From positions 1 through 27,143 of the forward strand of contig JASFHC010000001.1 of NCBI GenBank assembly GCA_050123435.1: DNA of 27,143 nucleotides. The letters are read 5' to 3'. This DNA is from Desulfobacterales bacterium (lineage in GTDB: Bacteria > Desulfobacterota > Desulfobacteria > Desulfobacterales > UBA11574). A model generated the notes under the pieces. That model searched no databases. It was not told the origin of the DNA and worked only from the letters and a program-made list of their open reading frames with translations. Below, piece by piece: positions 17,340-27,022 of this stretch. A program made the position numbers and the translations under genes. The first letter of the stretch is position 1. Every line of letters begins with the position of its first letter.

Positions 17340-18713
17340 ATGAGCAGTCTAAAACCAAACGAAATTGTTTATGAACTTGACAAATATATCATTGGACAGC
17401 ACCGGGCGAAACGTTCTGTTGCCATTGCTTTAAGGAATCGTTGGCGACGGCAGCAGGTACCGGAAGACCTTCGCGACGAAATTGTTCCCAAGAATATTAT
17501 CCTTATCGGCCCTACCGGCGTAGGAAAGACAGAGATCGCCAGAAGGCTCTCGAATTTAACCGATTCTCCATTTACTAAGGTTGAGGCTTCAAAGTTCACG
17601 GAAGTAGGATATGTGGGACGGGATGTTGAATCTATGGTAAGAGACCTTCTCGAACTAACGGTCAATGCACTTAAATCAAAGGAACAGGAGGCTGTAAAAG
17701 AAAGAGGATGGCAGATTGCCGAAGAGAGGATGCTCGATCTTTTGCTTCCAAAAGGAGGAGTGCAGCCCAAACAGAAGCGTGAAGATTCAAAGGAGACACA
17801 GTTTGAACTGGTACCATCCAGAAGCGATGAATTTTCCCCCACAAGGGAAAAGCTCAGGAAAATGCTTCGCCAGGGGAAGTTGGAAAATCGATACGTTGAT
17901 CTTGACGTGTCAGACCGAACCATGCCTATGGTTGAGATTTTCTCCAACGTGGGCATGGAAGAGATGGGGATTAATTTTAAAGATATGATCGGCGGTTTCC
18001 TTCCCAAAAGTACAAAGCGTCGCAAGGTCAAAGTACCCGAAGCCATGGAGATGCTGGCGGCTGAAGAGGCTCAGAACCTGGTAGATATGGACAAGGTGGT
18101 AAAAGAAGCCATTGTAAAAGTCGAGCAGTCGGGAATCATTTTTCTCGATGAAATTGATAAAATTGCCGGAAAAGACGGCACTCACGGTCCCGATGTGTCC
18201 AGGGAAGGGGTCCAGAGGGATCTTTTACCCATCATAGAGGGGAGCACGGTTACAACAAAATACGGTCCGGTTAAGACAGACAATATTCTTTTCATTGCTG
18301 CCGGGGCTTTTCATACCATCAAACCTTCGGATTTAATTCCGGAGCTCCAGGGCCGGTTTCCCATAAGGGTGGAACTGGACGCTTTGGGTCAGAAGGAGTT
18401 TGTAAGGATACTCACAGAACCCAAAAATGCATTAATCCTTCAATATCTGTCTCTGTTAAAGACCGAAGGTATTGATGTTATTTTTAGGGATGACGCTATA
18501 GAAGAAATAGCCAGGATTGCCGAAGAGGTGAACAACATGACCGAGAACATCGGTGCCCGGAGGCTCTATACCCTCATGGAGTGCATGCTGGAAGATATCC
18601 TTTTTGAGGCACCGGATATGCGGGAAAAGAAGATAGTCATCGATAAAAAATATGTGGAAGACAAGTTAAAGGACATTAAAGATGACGAGGATCTTAGCCG
18701 GTATATTTTGTAA
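17340..18713 (+). CDS. hslU: ATP-dependent protease ATPase subunit HslU
   Basis: GPTGVGKT Walker A, EVGYVGRD pore loop, FLDEIDKI, and C-terminal DLSRYIL. Confidence 0.99.
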   Translation: MSSLKPNEIVYELDKYIIGQHRAKRSVAIALRNRWRRQQVPEDLRDEIVPKNIILIGPTGVGKTEIARRLSNLTDSPFTKVEASKFTEVGYVGRDVESMVRDLLELTVNALKSKEQEAVKERGWQIAEERMLDLLLPKGGVQPKQKREDSKETQFELVPSRSDEFSPTREKLRKMLRQGKLENRYVDLDVSDRTMPMVEIFSNVGMEEMGINFKDMIGGFLPKSTKRRKVKVPEAMEMLAAEEAQNLVDMDKVVKEAIVKVEQSGIIFLDEIDKIAGKDGTHGPDVSREGVQRDLLPIIEGSTVTTKYGPVKTDNILFIAAGAFHTIKPSDLIPELQGRFPIRVELDALGQKEFVRILTEPKNALILQYLSLLKTEGIDVIFRDDAIEEIARIAEEVNNMTENIGARRLYTLMECMLEDILFEAPDMREKKIVIDKKYVEDKLKDIKDDEDLSRYIL

Positions 18714-18737
18714 ATAAAGGGAGAGAAAATAACGGAT

Positions 18738-19613
18738 ATGAACTCGAATGTTGCCGACATATTGATTGAGGCACTGCCGTATATTCGCCGTTTCTATGGG
18801 ATGACCCTGGTGATAAAGTATGGGGGCCATGCAATGGTCGACAAGCAGTTGAAGGAGGATTTTGCCAGGGATATTACTTTAATGAAATTTACTGGACTGA
18901 ATCCGGTGGTTGTTCACGGCGGCGGCCCGCAGATCAACTCGGTCCTTGAGCGTATGGGGATGGACGCCAGGTTTGTAAAAGGAATGCGTCTTACGGATGA
19001 GGCGACTATGGACGTTGTGGAGATGGTTTTGGGAGGCAAAGTCAACAAGGGGATTGTTGCCCAGATCAATCAGCAGGGGGGTAAAGCTGTGGGGTTGAGC
19101 GGCAAGGACGGAGGGCTTATTCGTGCCAGAAAACTTCATATCGTTCATCAGGAGGATAAAGATAAGCCGCCGGAGATCATCGATCCGGGCCTGGTGGGTG
19201 AAGTGACCCATATTAACCCGGGTATCATCAATACGCTGACCCAACGGGATTTTATTCCTATTATCGCACCGGTCGGGGCCGGGGAATCCGGTGAAACATA
19301 CAACATAAATGCAGATCTGGTTGCAAGCAGTATTGCCATAGCCCTTTCAGCAGCCCGATTGATCTTGCTAACCGATGTAGATGGCGTTCTCGATGCTTCA
19401 GGGTCCCTAATTTCTTCAATCAGCGCAGAGAACATCAGTCAGATGGTGGAAGAAAAAACCATTTTCGGAGGGATGATCCCTAAAATCGAATGCGCTTTAG
19501 AGGCGCTGAAAAACGGAGTCGGAAAGGTTCACATTATAAATGGCAACAAGCGCCATGCCTTATTACTTGAGCTTTTTACCGATAAAGGGATCGGAACGGA
19601 AGTAACCATATGA
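18738..19613 (+). CDS. argB: Acetylglutamate kinase
   Basis: [33 protein letters not shown]. Confidence 0.98.
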   Translation: MNSNVADILIEALPYIRRFYGMTLVIKYGGHAMVDKQLKEDFARDITLMKFTGLNPVVVHGGGPQINSVLERMGMDARFVKGMRLTDEATMDVVEMVLGGKVNKGIVAQINQQGGKAVGLSGKDGGLIRARKLHIVHQEDKDKPPEIIDPGLVGEVTHINPGIINTLTQRDFIPIIAPVGAGESGETYNINADLVASSIAIALSAARLILLTDVDGVLDASGSLISSISAENISQMVEEKTIFGGMIPKIECALEALKNGVGKVHIINGNKRHALLLELFTDKGIGTEVTI

Positions 19614-19632
19614 TTGACGGAAAGGGTTCGCA

Positions 19633-20814
19633 ATGACTCAAGAGATAATTAAAAGAGCAGATCAGGTTATCGCAAAAACCTATAAAAGATTTCCCATTGT
19701 CATAGCAAAAGGTAAAGGATGTACGCTCTGGGATACACAGGGTAAAAAATATACCGATTTTGTTGCCGGAATTGCCGTATGCAATCTCGGCCATTCACAT
19801 CCGGGAGTTTCAAAAGCGCTTTCCATGCAGGCGGACACCCTTTTTCATGTGTCTAACCTTTATTATACAATCCCCCAGGCAGATTTGGCATCCCGGCTTA
19901 CGGAAAACAGCTTCGCCGACCGGGTATTTTTCTGTAACAGCGGTGCTGAAGCAAATGAGGCCGCCATTAAACTGGCCAGAAAATATTTCAAGGAAAAAGG
20001 GGAAAGCGGGAGATACAGAATCATCTCCATGGAACATTCTTTTCATGGACGGACTATGGCCACTCTTTCCGCAACCGGACAGGATAAGATAAAACAAGGA
20101 TTCGAACCCGTGCTCGAAGGCTTTGACTGTGTGCCGTTTAATGACATTCGCGCCTTGCACAGTGCCATCAGCCCATCCACATGCGCTGTTTTAGTAGAAC
20201 CGATCCAGGGTGAAGGCGGAATTCGCTGTCCCGATCCCGATTACCTTAAGGCCGTAAGGCAGACGTGTGACGAAACCGGCATTCTTTTAATTTTTGATGA
20301 AATTCAGACAGGGATGGGACGTACCGGCAGACTTTTTGCCTACGAGCATTTCGGTATAACGCCGGATATAATGACCCTTGCCAAAGCTCTGGCCAATGGA
20401 TTGCCCATAGGGGCCATGCTGGCCAGAGAAGAAATCGCCGATGCATTCGGGCCGGGGTCACATGCTTCGACATTTGGCGGCACCCCGGTTGTGACCGCCG
20501 CGTCACTTGAAGTTGTCCGCGTGCTTTCAGAAGAAAATATAATCGATCATTGCAAAAATATAGGGGGATATTTTAAAGAAAGGCTTTCATGGTTGAAAGA
20601 GCGGCATGAAGTGATTGAGGATGTTCGCGGTATGGGTTTGCTTCTGGGAATGAAGTTGGGCATGGAGGGGGATCAGATTGTTGCTTCGTGCATGGAAAAA
20701 GGGTTTCTGATAAACTGCATCCAGGGGAATATTCTACGGTTTATTCCTCCGCTTATCATTGAAAAAAAAGAGATAGACGCTCTTGTGGCATGTCTGGATG
20801 AGTTATTAGATTGA
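19633..20814 (+). CDS. argD: Acetylornithine aminotransferase
   Basis: FFCNSGAEANEAAIKLAR, SFHGRT, DEIQTGMGRTG, and the TLAKAL PLP lysine. Confidence 0.96.
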   Translation: MTQEIIKRADQVIAKTYKRFPIVIAKGKGCTLWDTQGKKYTDFVAGIAVCNLGHSHPGVSKALSMQADTLFHVSNLYYTIPQADLASRLTENSFADRVFFCNSGAEANEAAIKLARKYFKEKGESGRYRIISMEHSFHGRTMATLSATGQDKIKQGFEPVLEGFDCVPFNDIRALHSAISPSTCAVLVEPIQGEGGIRCPDPDYLKAVRQTCDETGILLIFDEIQTGMGRTGRLFAYEHFGITPDIMTLAKALANGLPIGAMLAREEIADAFGPGSHASTFGGTPVVTAASLEVVRVLSEENIIDHCKNIGGYFKERLSWLKERHEVIEDVRGMGLLLGMKLGMEGDQIVASCMEKGFLINCIQGNILRFIPPLIIEKKEIDALVACLDELLD

Positions 20815-20965
20815 AAATTTAAAATTGACGATTGAAGATTTGTGATATTTCTCTGCCCGGTTAAATCAATATGTTTGCTTTTATTTAACCGGGGTTCGCT
20901 CTGCCTTTTCAGTAATATAATTTGAAGATTTTTTAATATTCAATCTTCAATGGAAAATCGTCAAT
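20810..20965. repeat. Composite element with inverted 7-mer arrays
   Basis: Left arm ATTGAAA/ATTTAAA/ATTGACG/ATTGAAG/ATTTGTG (20810-20844). Right arm TTTTAAT/ATTCAAT/CTTCAAT/GGAAAAT/CGTCAAT (20931-20965), which is the same unit family reverse-complemented. Confidence 0.75.
20853..20895 (+). repeat. Hairpin insert nested in the 7-mer element
   Basis: CTGCCCGGT-N26-ACCGGGGT. Perfect 11-bp stem CCCGGTTAAAT(20856-66)/ATTTAACCGGG(20883-93). Confidence 0.7.
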
Positions 20966-20982
20966 CAATAGGTGAGGTACAA

Positions 20983-21900
20983 TTGAAAAAAGACATTTTG
21001 ACACTTATAGATCTTAACAGAGAGGATTTTGAAGTCCTGTTTGAACGGGCGGCGGAATTAAAAAAAAGATATAAAAAAGGAATTGCAGACAAACCTCTTG
21101 CTGCTAAAACCCTGGGTCTTATTTTCGACAAACCGTCTACCCGCACCCGCATTTCCTTTGAATCGGCGATGGTTCAGTTGGGCGGAACACCGATTTTCAT
21201 AAGCGCCAAGGATACCCAGATTGCACGAAATGAACCGGTTCGAGACACTGCCAGAGTTCTTTCAAAATACCTGGACGGTTTGGCGATTCGGACCTATTCA
21301 CAGGATTGGTTGGAAGAATTTGCCGAATTTACCGATATCCCGGTGATTAATGCCCTGACCGATCTATTTCATCCGTGTCAGGTGTTAAGTGATATTATGA
21401 CGATTATAGAGACTAAAGGGGGGGTTAAAGATATCCGGATCACCTGGGTTGGAGACGGGAATAATGTGGCCCATTCATGGATAAATGCTGCGGCTGTTTT
21501 GGACTTGAATCTTGTTTTGGCATGCCCGGAAGGATATTTCCCTCGTAAGGAGGTTATGAAAAGGGCTCTTGAAACAGGGGTTGGAAAAATAAGCGTAACT
21601 TCGAATCCTGTTGAAGCGGTAAAAAATGCCGATGTCGTCTATACCGATGTCTGGGCCAGCATGGGCCAGGAGAGTGAACAGGTCAAAAGGAAGCGAGTGT
21701 TTGAGGCGTTTCAGGTAAATAAAGGGCTGTTAAAACATGCGACCAAAGATGTTATAGTCATGCATTGCTTGCCGGCGCACAGGGAGGAAGAGATCACCGA
21801 AAATGTGCTGGAAGGCCCCAGTTCGGTTGTCTGGGATCAATCTGAAAACAAACTCCACATGCATAAGGCAATCCTGGAAGTATTGATGAAGGAGGATTAA
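20983..21900 (+). CDS. argF: Ornithine carbamoyltransferase
   Basis: STRTR, HPCQ, WASMGQE and HCLPA motifs. The likely start is TTG 20983 after GGTGAGG. The track's ATG 20950 lies inside the repeat arm. Confidence 0.97.
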   Translation: MKKDILTLIDLNREDFEVLFERAAELKKRYKKGIADKPLAAKTLGLIFDKPSTRTRISFESAMVQLGGTPIFISAKDTQIARNEPVRDTARVLSKYLDGLAIRTYSQDWLEEFAEFTDIPVINALTDLFHPCQVLSDIMTIIETKGGVKDIRITWVGDGNNVAHSWINAAAVLDLNLVLACPEGYFPRKEVMKRALETGVGKISVTSNPVEAVKNADVVYTDVWASMGQESEQVKRKRVFEAFQVNKGLLKHATKDVIVMHCLPAHREEEITENVLEGPSSVVWDQSENKLHMHKAILEVLMKED

Positions 21901-21903
21901 CTC

Positions 21904-23112
21904 GTGTCTGATACCGTTAACAAAGTGGTTCTGGCGTATTCCGGGGGTCTGGATACATCCGTAATCTTAAAATGGCTGATCCAAACTTACCGTTGTGCGG
22001 TCGTTGCATTTGCTGCAGATATGGGTCAGGGGGATGAGCTGGATCAAGTGGAAGAAAACGCTTTAAAAACGGGTGCAGCCAAGGTTTACATCGATGATTT
22101 AAAGGAAACTTTTGTAAAAGATTATGTTTTCCCTGCGTTTCGGGCAAATGCGATTTATGAAGGGCAGTATCTTCTGGGCACCTCGCTTGCCAGACCTTTG
22201 ATTGCAAAACGGCAGATGGAGATTGCCCGGATTGAAGGGGCGGATGCGGTGAGCCATGGCGCCACCGGAAAGGGAAACGACCAGGTGAGGTTTGAACTCA
22301 GCTATTTTGCAATAAATCCGAATATACGGATTATTGCTCCCTGGCGCGAGTGGAATCTGAAATCGCGAAGCGCCTTGATGGCCTATGCCGAACAGCATGG
22401 TATCCAAGTGCCGACCACCCCTGAAAAACCATACAGTACCGACGGAAACCTCCTTCACATCAGCTTTGAAGGAGGCTTGCTTGAGGATCCCTGGCAAGCG
22501 CCGCCCCGCGACATGTTTCGTATGACGGTATCCCCCCAGGACGCCCCGGACACGCCTGAGATTGTCGAAATAACCTTTAAACAGGGTGATCCTGTGGCTA
22601 TAAACGACACGCCTATGTCTCCGGCTCAACTTCTAAAAGAGCTGAACCGGCTGGGGGGTCGTAACGGAATCGGCAGGGTCGATATTGTGGAGAACCGTTT
22701 TGTCGGCATGAAATCCCGCGGTGTTTATGAAACCCCGGGCGGCACGGTGTTGAGGGCCGCACATATGGCCATCGAATCCATTACAATGGACAGGGAAGTC
22801 ATGCACCTGAGGGATTCCCTAATTCCGAAATATTCCGAGCTCGTGTATTACGGGTTCTGGTTTTCGCCCGAGATGAAGCTCCTGCAGGATATGATGGATA
22901 GAACCCAGACCAATGTCTCCGGGGTTGTCCGATTGGAGCTTTACAAGGGGAACTGCCATGTTCTGGGACGTAAGTCCGATGAATCGATTTACAGTGAGGA
23001 TTTTGCAACATTTGAAGATGACAGTGTATACAGTCAGAAAGATGCCGAAGGCTTTATACGTCTAAATGCGTTACGATTGCGTATTCAGAAAATGATGAAA
23101 AAAAACAGCTGA
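21904..23112 (+). CDS. argG: Argininosuccinate synthase
   Basis: [39 protein letters not shown] start after AAGGAGG. Confidence 0.99.
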   Translation: MSDTVNKVVLAYSGGLDTSVILKWLIQTYRCAVVAFAADMGQGDELDQVEENALKTGAAKVYIDDLKETFVKDYVFPAFRANAIYEGQYLLGTSLARPLIAKRQMEIARIEGADAVSHGATGKGNDQVRFELSYFAINPNIRIIAPWREWNLKSRSALMAYAEQHGIQVPTTPEKPYSTDGNLLHISFEGGLLEDPWQAPPRDMFRMTVSPQDAPDTPEIVEITFKQGDPVAINDTPMSPAQLLKELNRLGGRNGIGRVDIVENRFVGMKSRGVYETPGGTVLRAAHMAIESITMDREVMHLRDSLIPKYSELVYYGFWFSPEMKLLQDMMDRTQTNVSGVVRLELYKGNCHVLGRKSDESIYSEDFATFEDDSVYSQKDAEGFIRLNALRLRIQKMMKKNS

Positions 23113-23119
23113 GGATTAT

Positions 23120-24511
23120 ATGGCGAAAAAGCTCTGGGATGGCAGGTTTTCAGAAAAGACAGATAGAATCGTTGAAGACTTTACTTCATCCATCGACATA
23201 GATAAAAGGCTTTATTCTTATGATATTCAAGGGAGTATTGCCCACTGCCGTATGCTTGCCAAAACGTCTATTATTTCCGAAGAGGAGGCTTCATCCTTGA
23301 TAGAAGGTCTTGGCATGATAAAAAGAGAGATAGATCGGGGAGATTTTCAGTTTGATCCAAGCCTGGAGGATATCCATATGCATATTGAAGCCAGGCTTGT
23401 CGAAAAAGTGGGAAAAGTCGCCCAGAAGCTTCATACCGCAAGAAGCCGAAACGATCAGGTGGTTTTGGATGTCAGGATGTATTTGAGAGAGGAAACCTTG
23501 AATACAACCAACCGGCTGGTGATACTCCAAAAGGTTATCATAGATCTGGCTAAAAGCCATATTGATGTAGTTTTACCCGGATACACTCATCTGCAAAGAG
23601 CCCAACCCATTCTTTTGTCTCACCATCTCATGGCGTATTATGAGATGTTTTTAAGAGATGCCCACAGGTTCGGTGACTGTTTGAAACGCATAAACGTGAT
23701 GCCGTTGGGCAGTGCCGCCCTTGCCGGAACAACATACCCCATTGACAGAGAGTATGTGGCCGGGATCCTTGACTTTCCGGAATTATCGGCAAACAGTATG
23801 GATGCGGTCTCAGACAGGGATTTTATCATCGAATTTCTGTCAGCGGCAAGTATTTGCATGGTTCATTTGAGCCGAATGTCAGAAGAGTTAATTCTCTGGT
23901 CTTCATCGGAATTCGGTTTCATCGAGCTTCCGGATTCCTTCGCTACCGGCAGCAGTATTATGCCTCAAAAAAAGAATCCGGATGTACCTGAACTTGTACG
24001 AGGGAAAACCGGTCGTGTTTTCGGAGACTTAATTTCTCTGTTAACGGTTATGAAATCATTGCCGTTGTCTTATAACCGGGACATGCAGGAAGATAAAACC
24101 GCACTGTTCAGCACGGTAGATATCTTATCGGAGTGTTTAGATATTTATATAAGAATGCTCCCCAAGCTGAAGATAAACAAAGAAGTCATGGAGCGTGCCA
24201 CATCCTCAGGGTTTTTAAATGCAACCGATATGGCGGATTATCTTGTAACAAAAGGTATGGCATTCAGACAAGCCCATGATTGTGTGGGGAAAGCCGTTGC
24301 CTATGCGTGGAGCAAAAAAAAGGAGCTTCATGAACTTACGTTAAAAGAGTTGAAATCTTTTTCTTCCCATATCGAAAAGGATATCTTTAATATTTTAACC
24401 ACTGAGCAGATGATATACCGGAGAAAATCTTTCGGCGGCACGTCGTTAAAAAACGTGAGATCTGCCATAAAAAAGGCTGAAACGGATCTTGCCGTTAAGA
24501 TGAAAGTTTAA
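23120..24511 (+). CDS. argH: Argininosuccinate lyase
   Basis: LWDGRF, LHTARSRNDQ, GYTHLQRAQP, GSSIMPQKKNP. Confidence 0.99.
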   Translation: MAKKLWDGRFSEKTDRIVEDFTSSIDIDKRLYSYDIQGSIAHCRMLAKTSIISEEEASSLIEGLGMIKREIDRGDFQFDPSLEDIHMHIEARLVEKVGKVAQKLHTARSRNDQVVLDVRMYLREETLNTTNRLVILQKVIIDLAKSHIDVVLPGYTHLQRAQPILLSHHLMAYYEMFLRDAHRFGDCLKRINVMPLGSAALAGTTYPIDREYVAGILDFPELSANSMDAVSDRDFIIEFLSAASICMVHLSRMSEELILWSSSEFGFIELPDSFATGSSIMPQKKNPDVPELVRGKTGRVFGDLISLLTVMKSLPLSYNRDMQEDKTALFSTVDILSECLDIYIRMLPKLKINKEVMERATSSGFLNATDMADYLVTKGMAFRQAHDCVGKAVAYAWSKKKELHELTLKELKSFSSHIEKDIFNILTTEQMIYRRKSFGGTSLKNVRSAIKKAETDLAVKMKV

Positions 24512-24612
24512 TCCAACATTCCAATTGCGGCCCGCCCGCTCATGCCCCGGGCCGCCTTACTTGGCTGGCGGACGAGCTTGCAATGGCAGGCAGGGCGAAG
24601 CGAGCCAACTTG
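24512..24612. repeat. 8-mer-type repeat end with a nested GC-rich hairpin insert
   Basis: TCCAACAT/TCCAATTG starts right at the argH stop. GC-rich arms GCCCGCCCGC(24530-39) and GCAGGCAGGGC(24586-96), with inner stem CCGCC/GGCGG. Shares GGCAGGCAGG exactly with 8822-8831. Confidence 0.6.
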
Positions 24613-24615
24613 ATA

Positions 24616-24771
24616 ATGATGATAAAGAGAATTAAAAAAAGACTTATGTTACAATTCGTTATGGTTATTTTGCTATGCTTTTGTTTCTCGGGGTGCGGCA
24701 AAAAGGGACCCCCCAGGCCGCCTGATCGTGAACCCCCTCGTTCAATTTTTAATCATGGTTGTTTAAGGTGA
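24616..24771 (+). CDS. Small lipoprotein, LptM/YifL/LppL-like
   Basis: MMIKRIKKR, a hydrophobic core, FSG-C27, then GKKGPPRPP. Located directly before lysA-dapF, like lppL/yifL. The track's ATG 24583 lies inside the repeat. Confidence 0.75.
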   Translation: MMIKRIKKRLMLQFVMVILLCFCFSGCGKKGPPRPPDREPPRSIFNHGCLR

Positions 24772-24775
24772 ATGA

Positions 24776-26035
24776 ATGCATCATTTTTTTTACCGGAATA
24801 ATGAACTGTATTGTGAAGATATTCCCATCCGCAGGATTGCCGAAAAGGTCGGCACTCCTTTTTATTTATATAGCCACGCCACGTTAAAGCGCCATTTTCT
24901 TATTTTTAACGAGGCGTTTGAGGGGATGGAAAGGCTTGTATGCTTTTCTGCAAAGTCCAATACCAATCTTGCTGTTTTAAAACTGTTTCAACGCCTTGGC
25001 AGCGGGCTTGACATTGTATCAGGCGGAGAACTGTATCGCGGGTTAAAGGCCGGCTTTTCTCCGGATAGAATCGTCTATTCCGGAGTGGGAAAGCGTACCG
25101 ACGAAATCGACCATGCACTTGAAGTAGGTATTTTAATGTTCAATGTAGAGTCTCTTGAAGAACTTGAACTTATAGATAAACGGGCGGGTTTTTTAAGAAC
25201 AAAAGCGCCTGTGGCCATTCGGGTAAACCCTGATGTTGATCCAAAAACTCATCCGTATATTTCAACCGGTTTGAAAAAAAACAAATTCGGAATCGATATA
25301 GAGACCGCCATTGACGGGTACAAAGCGGCAAGCCGGCTGAAAAACATCACGATCGTGGGCATCGATTGCCATATCGGATCACAGATTACAGAATCAGAGC
25401 CTTTTATAGACGCTCTGGAAAGCTTAAAAAACTTGATCAATGAACTCAGGCAAATTGGAATCCAAATCAAATACATGGATATGGGTGGCGGTCTTGGAAT
25501 AACCTATCGTGATGAATCCCCCCCCCATCCCCGAGAATATGCCAAGGCCATTGTTGATTCTCTCAAGGGCTCGCATCTTCACCTGATTCTGGAACCCGGA
25601 AGAGTTATTGTCGGAAATGCCGGAATACTGGTGAGTAGGGTCCTTTTCAGAAAGTCGGGAAAAGTCAAGGAATTTGTTATTTCTGATGCCGGTATGAACG
25701 ATCTGATGCGACCCACACTGTATGACGCGTTTCATGCCATAGCGCCGGTGGTAAGAACAGAAGATAAGCCAATAACGGCAGACGTCGTGGGCCCGATTTG
25801 CGAGACCGGTGATTTTCTGGCAGTCGATCGCGAGATTCCCAATGTAAAGAGAGGTGATCTTTTTGCGGTGATGAGTGCCGGTGCCTATGGCTTTACCATG
25901 TCGTCCAATTACTGTTCCCGACTGAGAGCGGCCGAAGTAATGGTAAAAAACGACCGGTTTCATGTTGTCCGGGAGCGCGAGAGTTATGAAGATCTAGTGG
26001 ACGGTGAATCGCTGCCGCCGTTTCTTGATGATTGA
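24776..26035 (+). CDS. lysA: Diaminopimelate decarboxylase
   Basis: FSAKSN (PLP Lys), SGGEL, HIGSQI, EPGR, GPICETGD, AGAYG. Confidence 0.99.
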   Translation: MHHFFYRNNELYCEDIPIRRIAEKVGTPFYLYSHATLKRHFLIFNEAFEGMERLVCFSAKSNTNLAVLKLFQRLGSGLDIVSGGELYRGLKAGFSPDRIVYSGVGKRTDEIDHALEVGILMFNVESLEELELIDKRAGFLRTKAPVAIRVNPDVDPKTHPYISTGLKKNKFGIDIETAIDGYKAASRLKNITIVGIDCHIGSQITESEPFIDALESLKNLINELRQIGIQIKYMDMGGGLGITYRDESPPHPREYAKAIVDSLKGSHLHLILEPGRVIVGNAGILVSRVLFRKSGKVKEFVISDAGMNDLMRPTLYDAFHAIAPVVRTEDKPITADVVGPICETGDFLAVDREIPNVKRGDLFAVMSAGAYGFTMSSNYCSRLRAAEVMVKNDRFHVVRERESYEDLVDGESLPPFLDD

Positions 26036-26084
26036 AACATGTAACCCCTTACCCAAGGGTTAACGAAGAAAGAAGAGAATAAAT

Positions 26085-26111
26085 TTTGGTTTTGGTTTAT
26101 CCGGATCAAGG
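26085..26111. repeat. Degenerate copy of the ~26-nt intergenic motif
   Basis: TTTGGTTTTGGTTTATCCGGATCAAGG matches the 13189 copy at 17 of the first 20 positions. Ends 3 nt before the dapF ATG. Confidence 0.5.
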
Positions 26112-26114
26112 ATT

Positions 26115-26945
26115 ATGAAAAAAATTGATTTCTACAAGATGAGTGGAAGCGGCAACGATTTTATAATTGTTGACAACCGTAATAACCGTGTCGATGATGC
26201 CGATTTGCCAAATTTTATCGCCAAAGCATGCCGCAGAAAACTGTCCGTGGGCGCTGACGGTTTTATCCTTGTGGAAAATACGGATGTTGCGGATTTCAAA
26301 TGGCGCTTTTATAATTCTGACGGTAGTATTGCGGAGATGTGCGGAAACGGCGCCAGGTGCGTTGCACGTTACGCATATTTAACCGGTATTGCAGGACCGG
26401 ACATGTCCTTTGAAACCCAAGCCGGTATTGTTCACGCCCAAGTTGTGGGAGAGCGTGTTAAAGTAAAAATGACAGACCCGTTAGATCTTAAAATAGATTA
26501 TACGATTGAACTTAAAAACAGTTCACCTTCCATCTCCAGTATCAACACCGGTGTCCCTCATGTGGTAATTGTGAAAGACAGTATCGATACAGTTGAAGTT
26601 GTTAAAATAGGCAGGGAGATACGGTTTCACCATAGGTTTGCTCCTGCCGGCACAAATGTAAATTTTGTATCCTATTTAAAGGACAACAGTATTGCGATTC
26701 GGACCTATGAGCGGGGCGTTGAAGATGAAACTTTGGCATGCGGTACGGGGGCAATTGCCGGCGCTATTGTTACGGCTTGCAGAAGAAAGTTAAAGTCCCC
26801 TGTAAATGTTCTAACGAGAAGTGGTGGATATCTTAATGTTTTTTATCAAGTAAATAACGGCAAATATCACGACATTTATCTTGAAGGCGATGCTCGCATG
26901 ATTTACAATGCCCAACTCTGGGAAGATGCATGGAAAGACGATTGA
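26115..26945 (+). CDS. dapF: Diaminopimelate epimerase
   Basis: KMSGSGNDF, EMCGNG and TLACGTG catalytic Cys motifs, NTGVPH, ERGVEDET. Confidence 0.98.
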   Translation: MKKIDFYKMSGSGNDFIIVDNRNNRVDDADLPNFIAKACRRKLSVGADGFILVENTDVADFKWRFYNSDGSIAEMCGNGARCVARYAYLTGIAGPDMSFETQAGIVHAQVVGERVKVKMTDPLDLKIDYTIELKNSSPSISSINTGVPHVVIVKDSIDTVEVVKIGREIRFHHRFAPAGTNVNFVSYLKDNSIAIRTYERGVEDETLACGTGAIAGAIVTACRRKLKSPVNVLTRSGGYLNVFYQVNNGKYHDIYLEGDARMIYNAQLWEDAWKDD

Positions 26946-27022
26946 AGCTCAGGGGCCTGGCATCATAAGCGCTCAGTTATTTTTTACACCGGAAGGATTG
27001 TGGAATGTTTACTGAAAAAAAA

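Noticed and set aside
26042-26062. TAACCC...GGGTTA hairpin after lysA as an intrinsic terminator
   Set aside because: It has no 3' U-tract on either strand, and lysA-dapF are probably co-transcribed.
479-26382. Many alternative-frame and antisense ORFs in the track (e.g. 5565-6242, 6810-7391, 9002-9535, 17369-18046, 22099-22629, 25424-25963)
   Set aside because: They overlap well-supported housekeeping genes, have no recognisable motifs, and are expected shadow ORFs.
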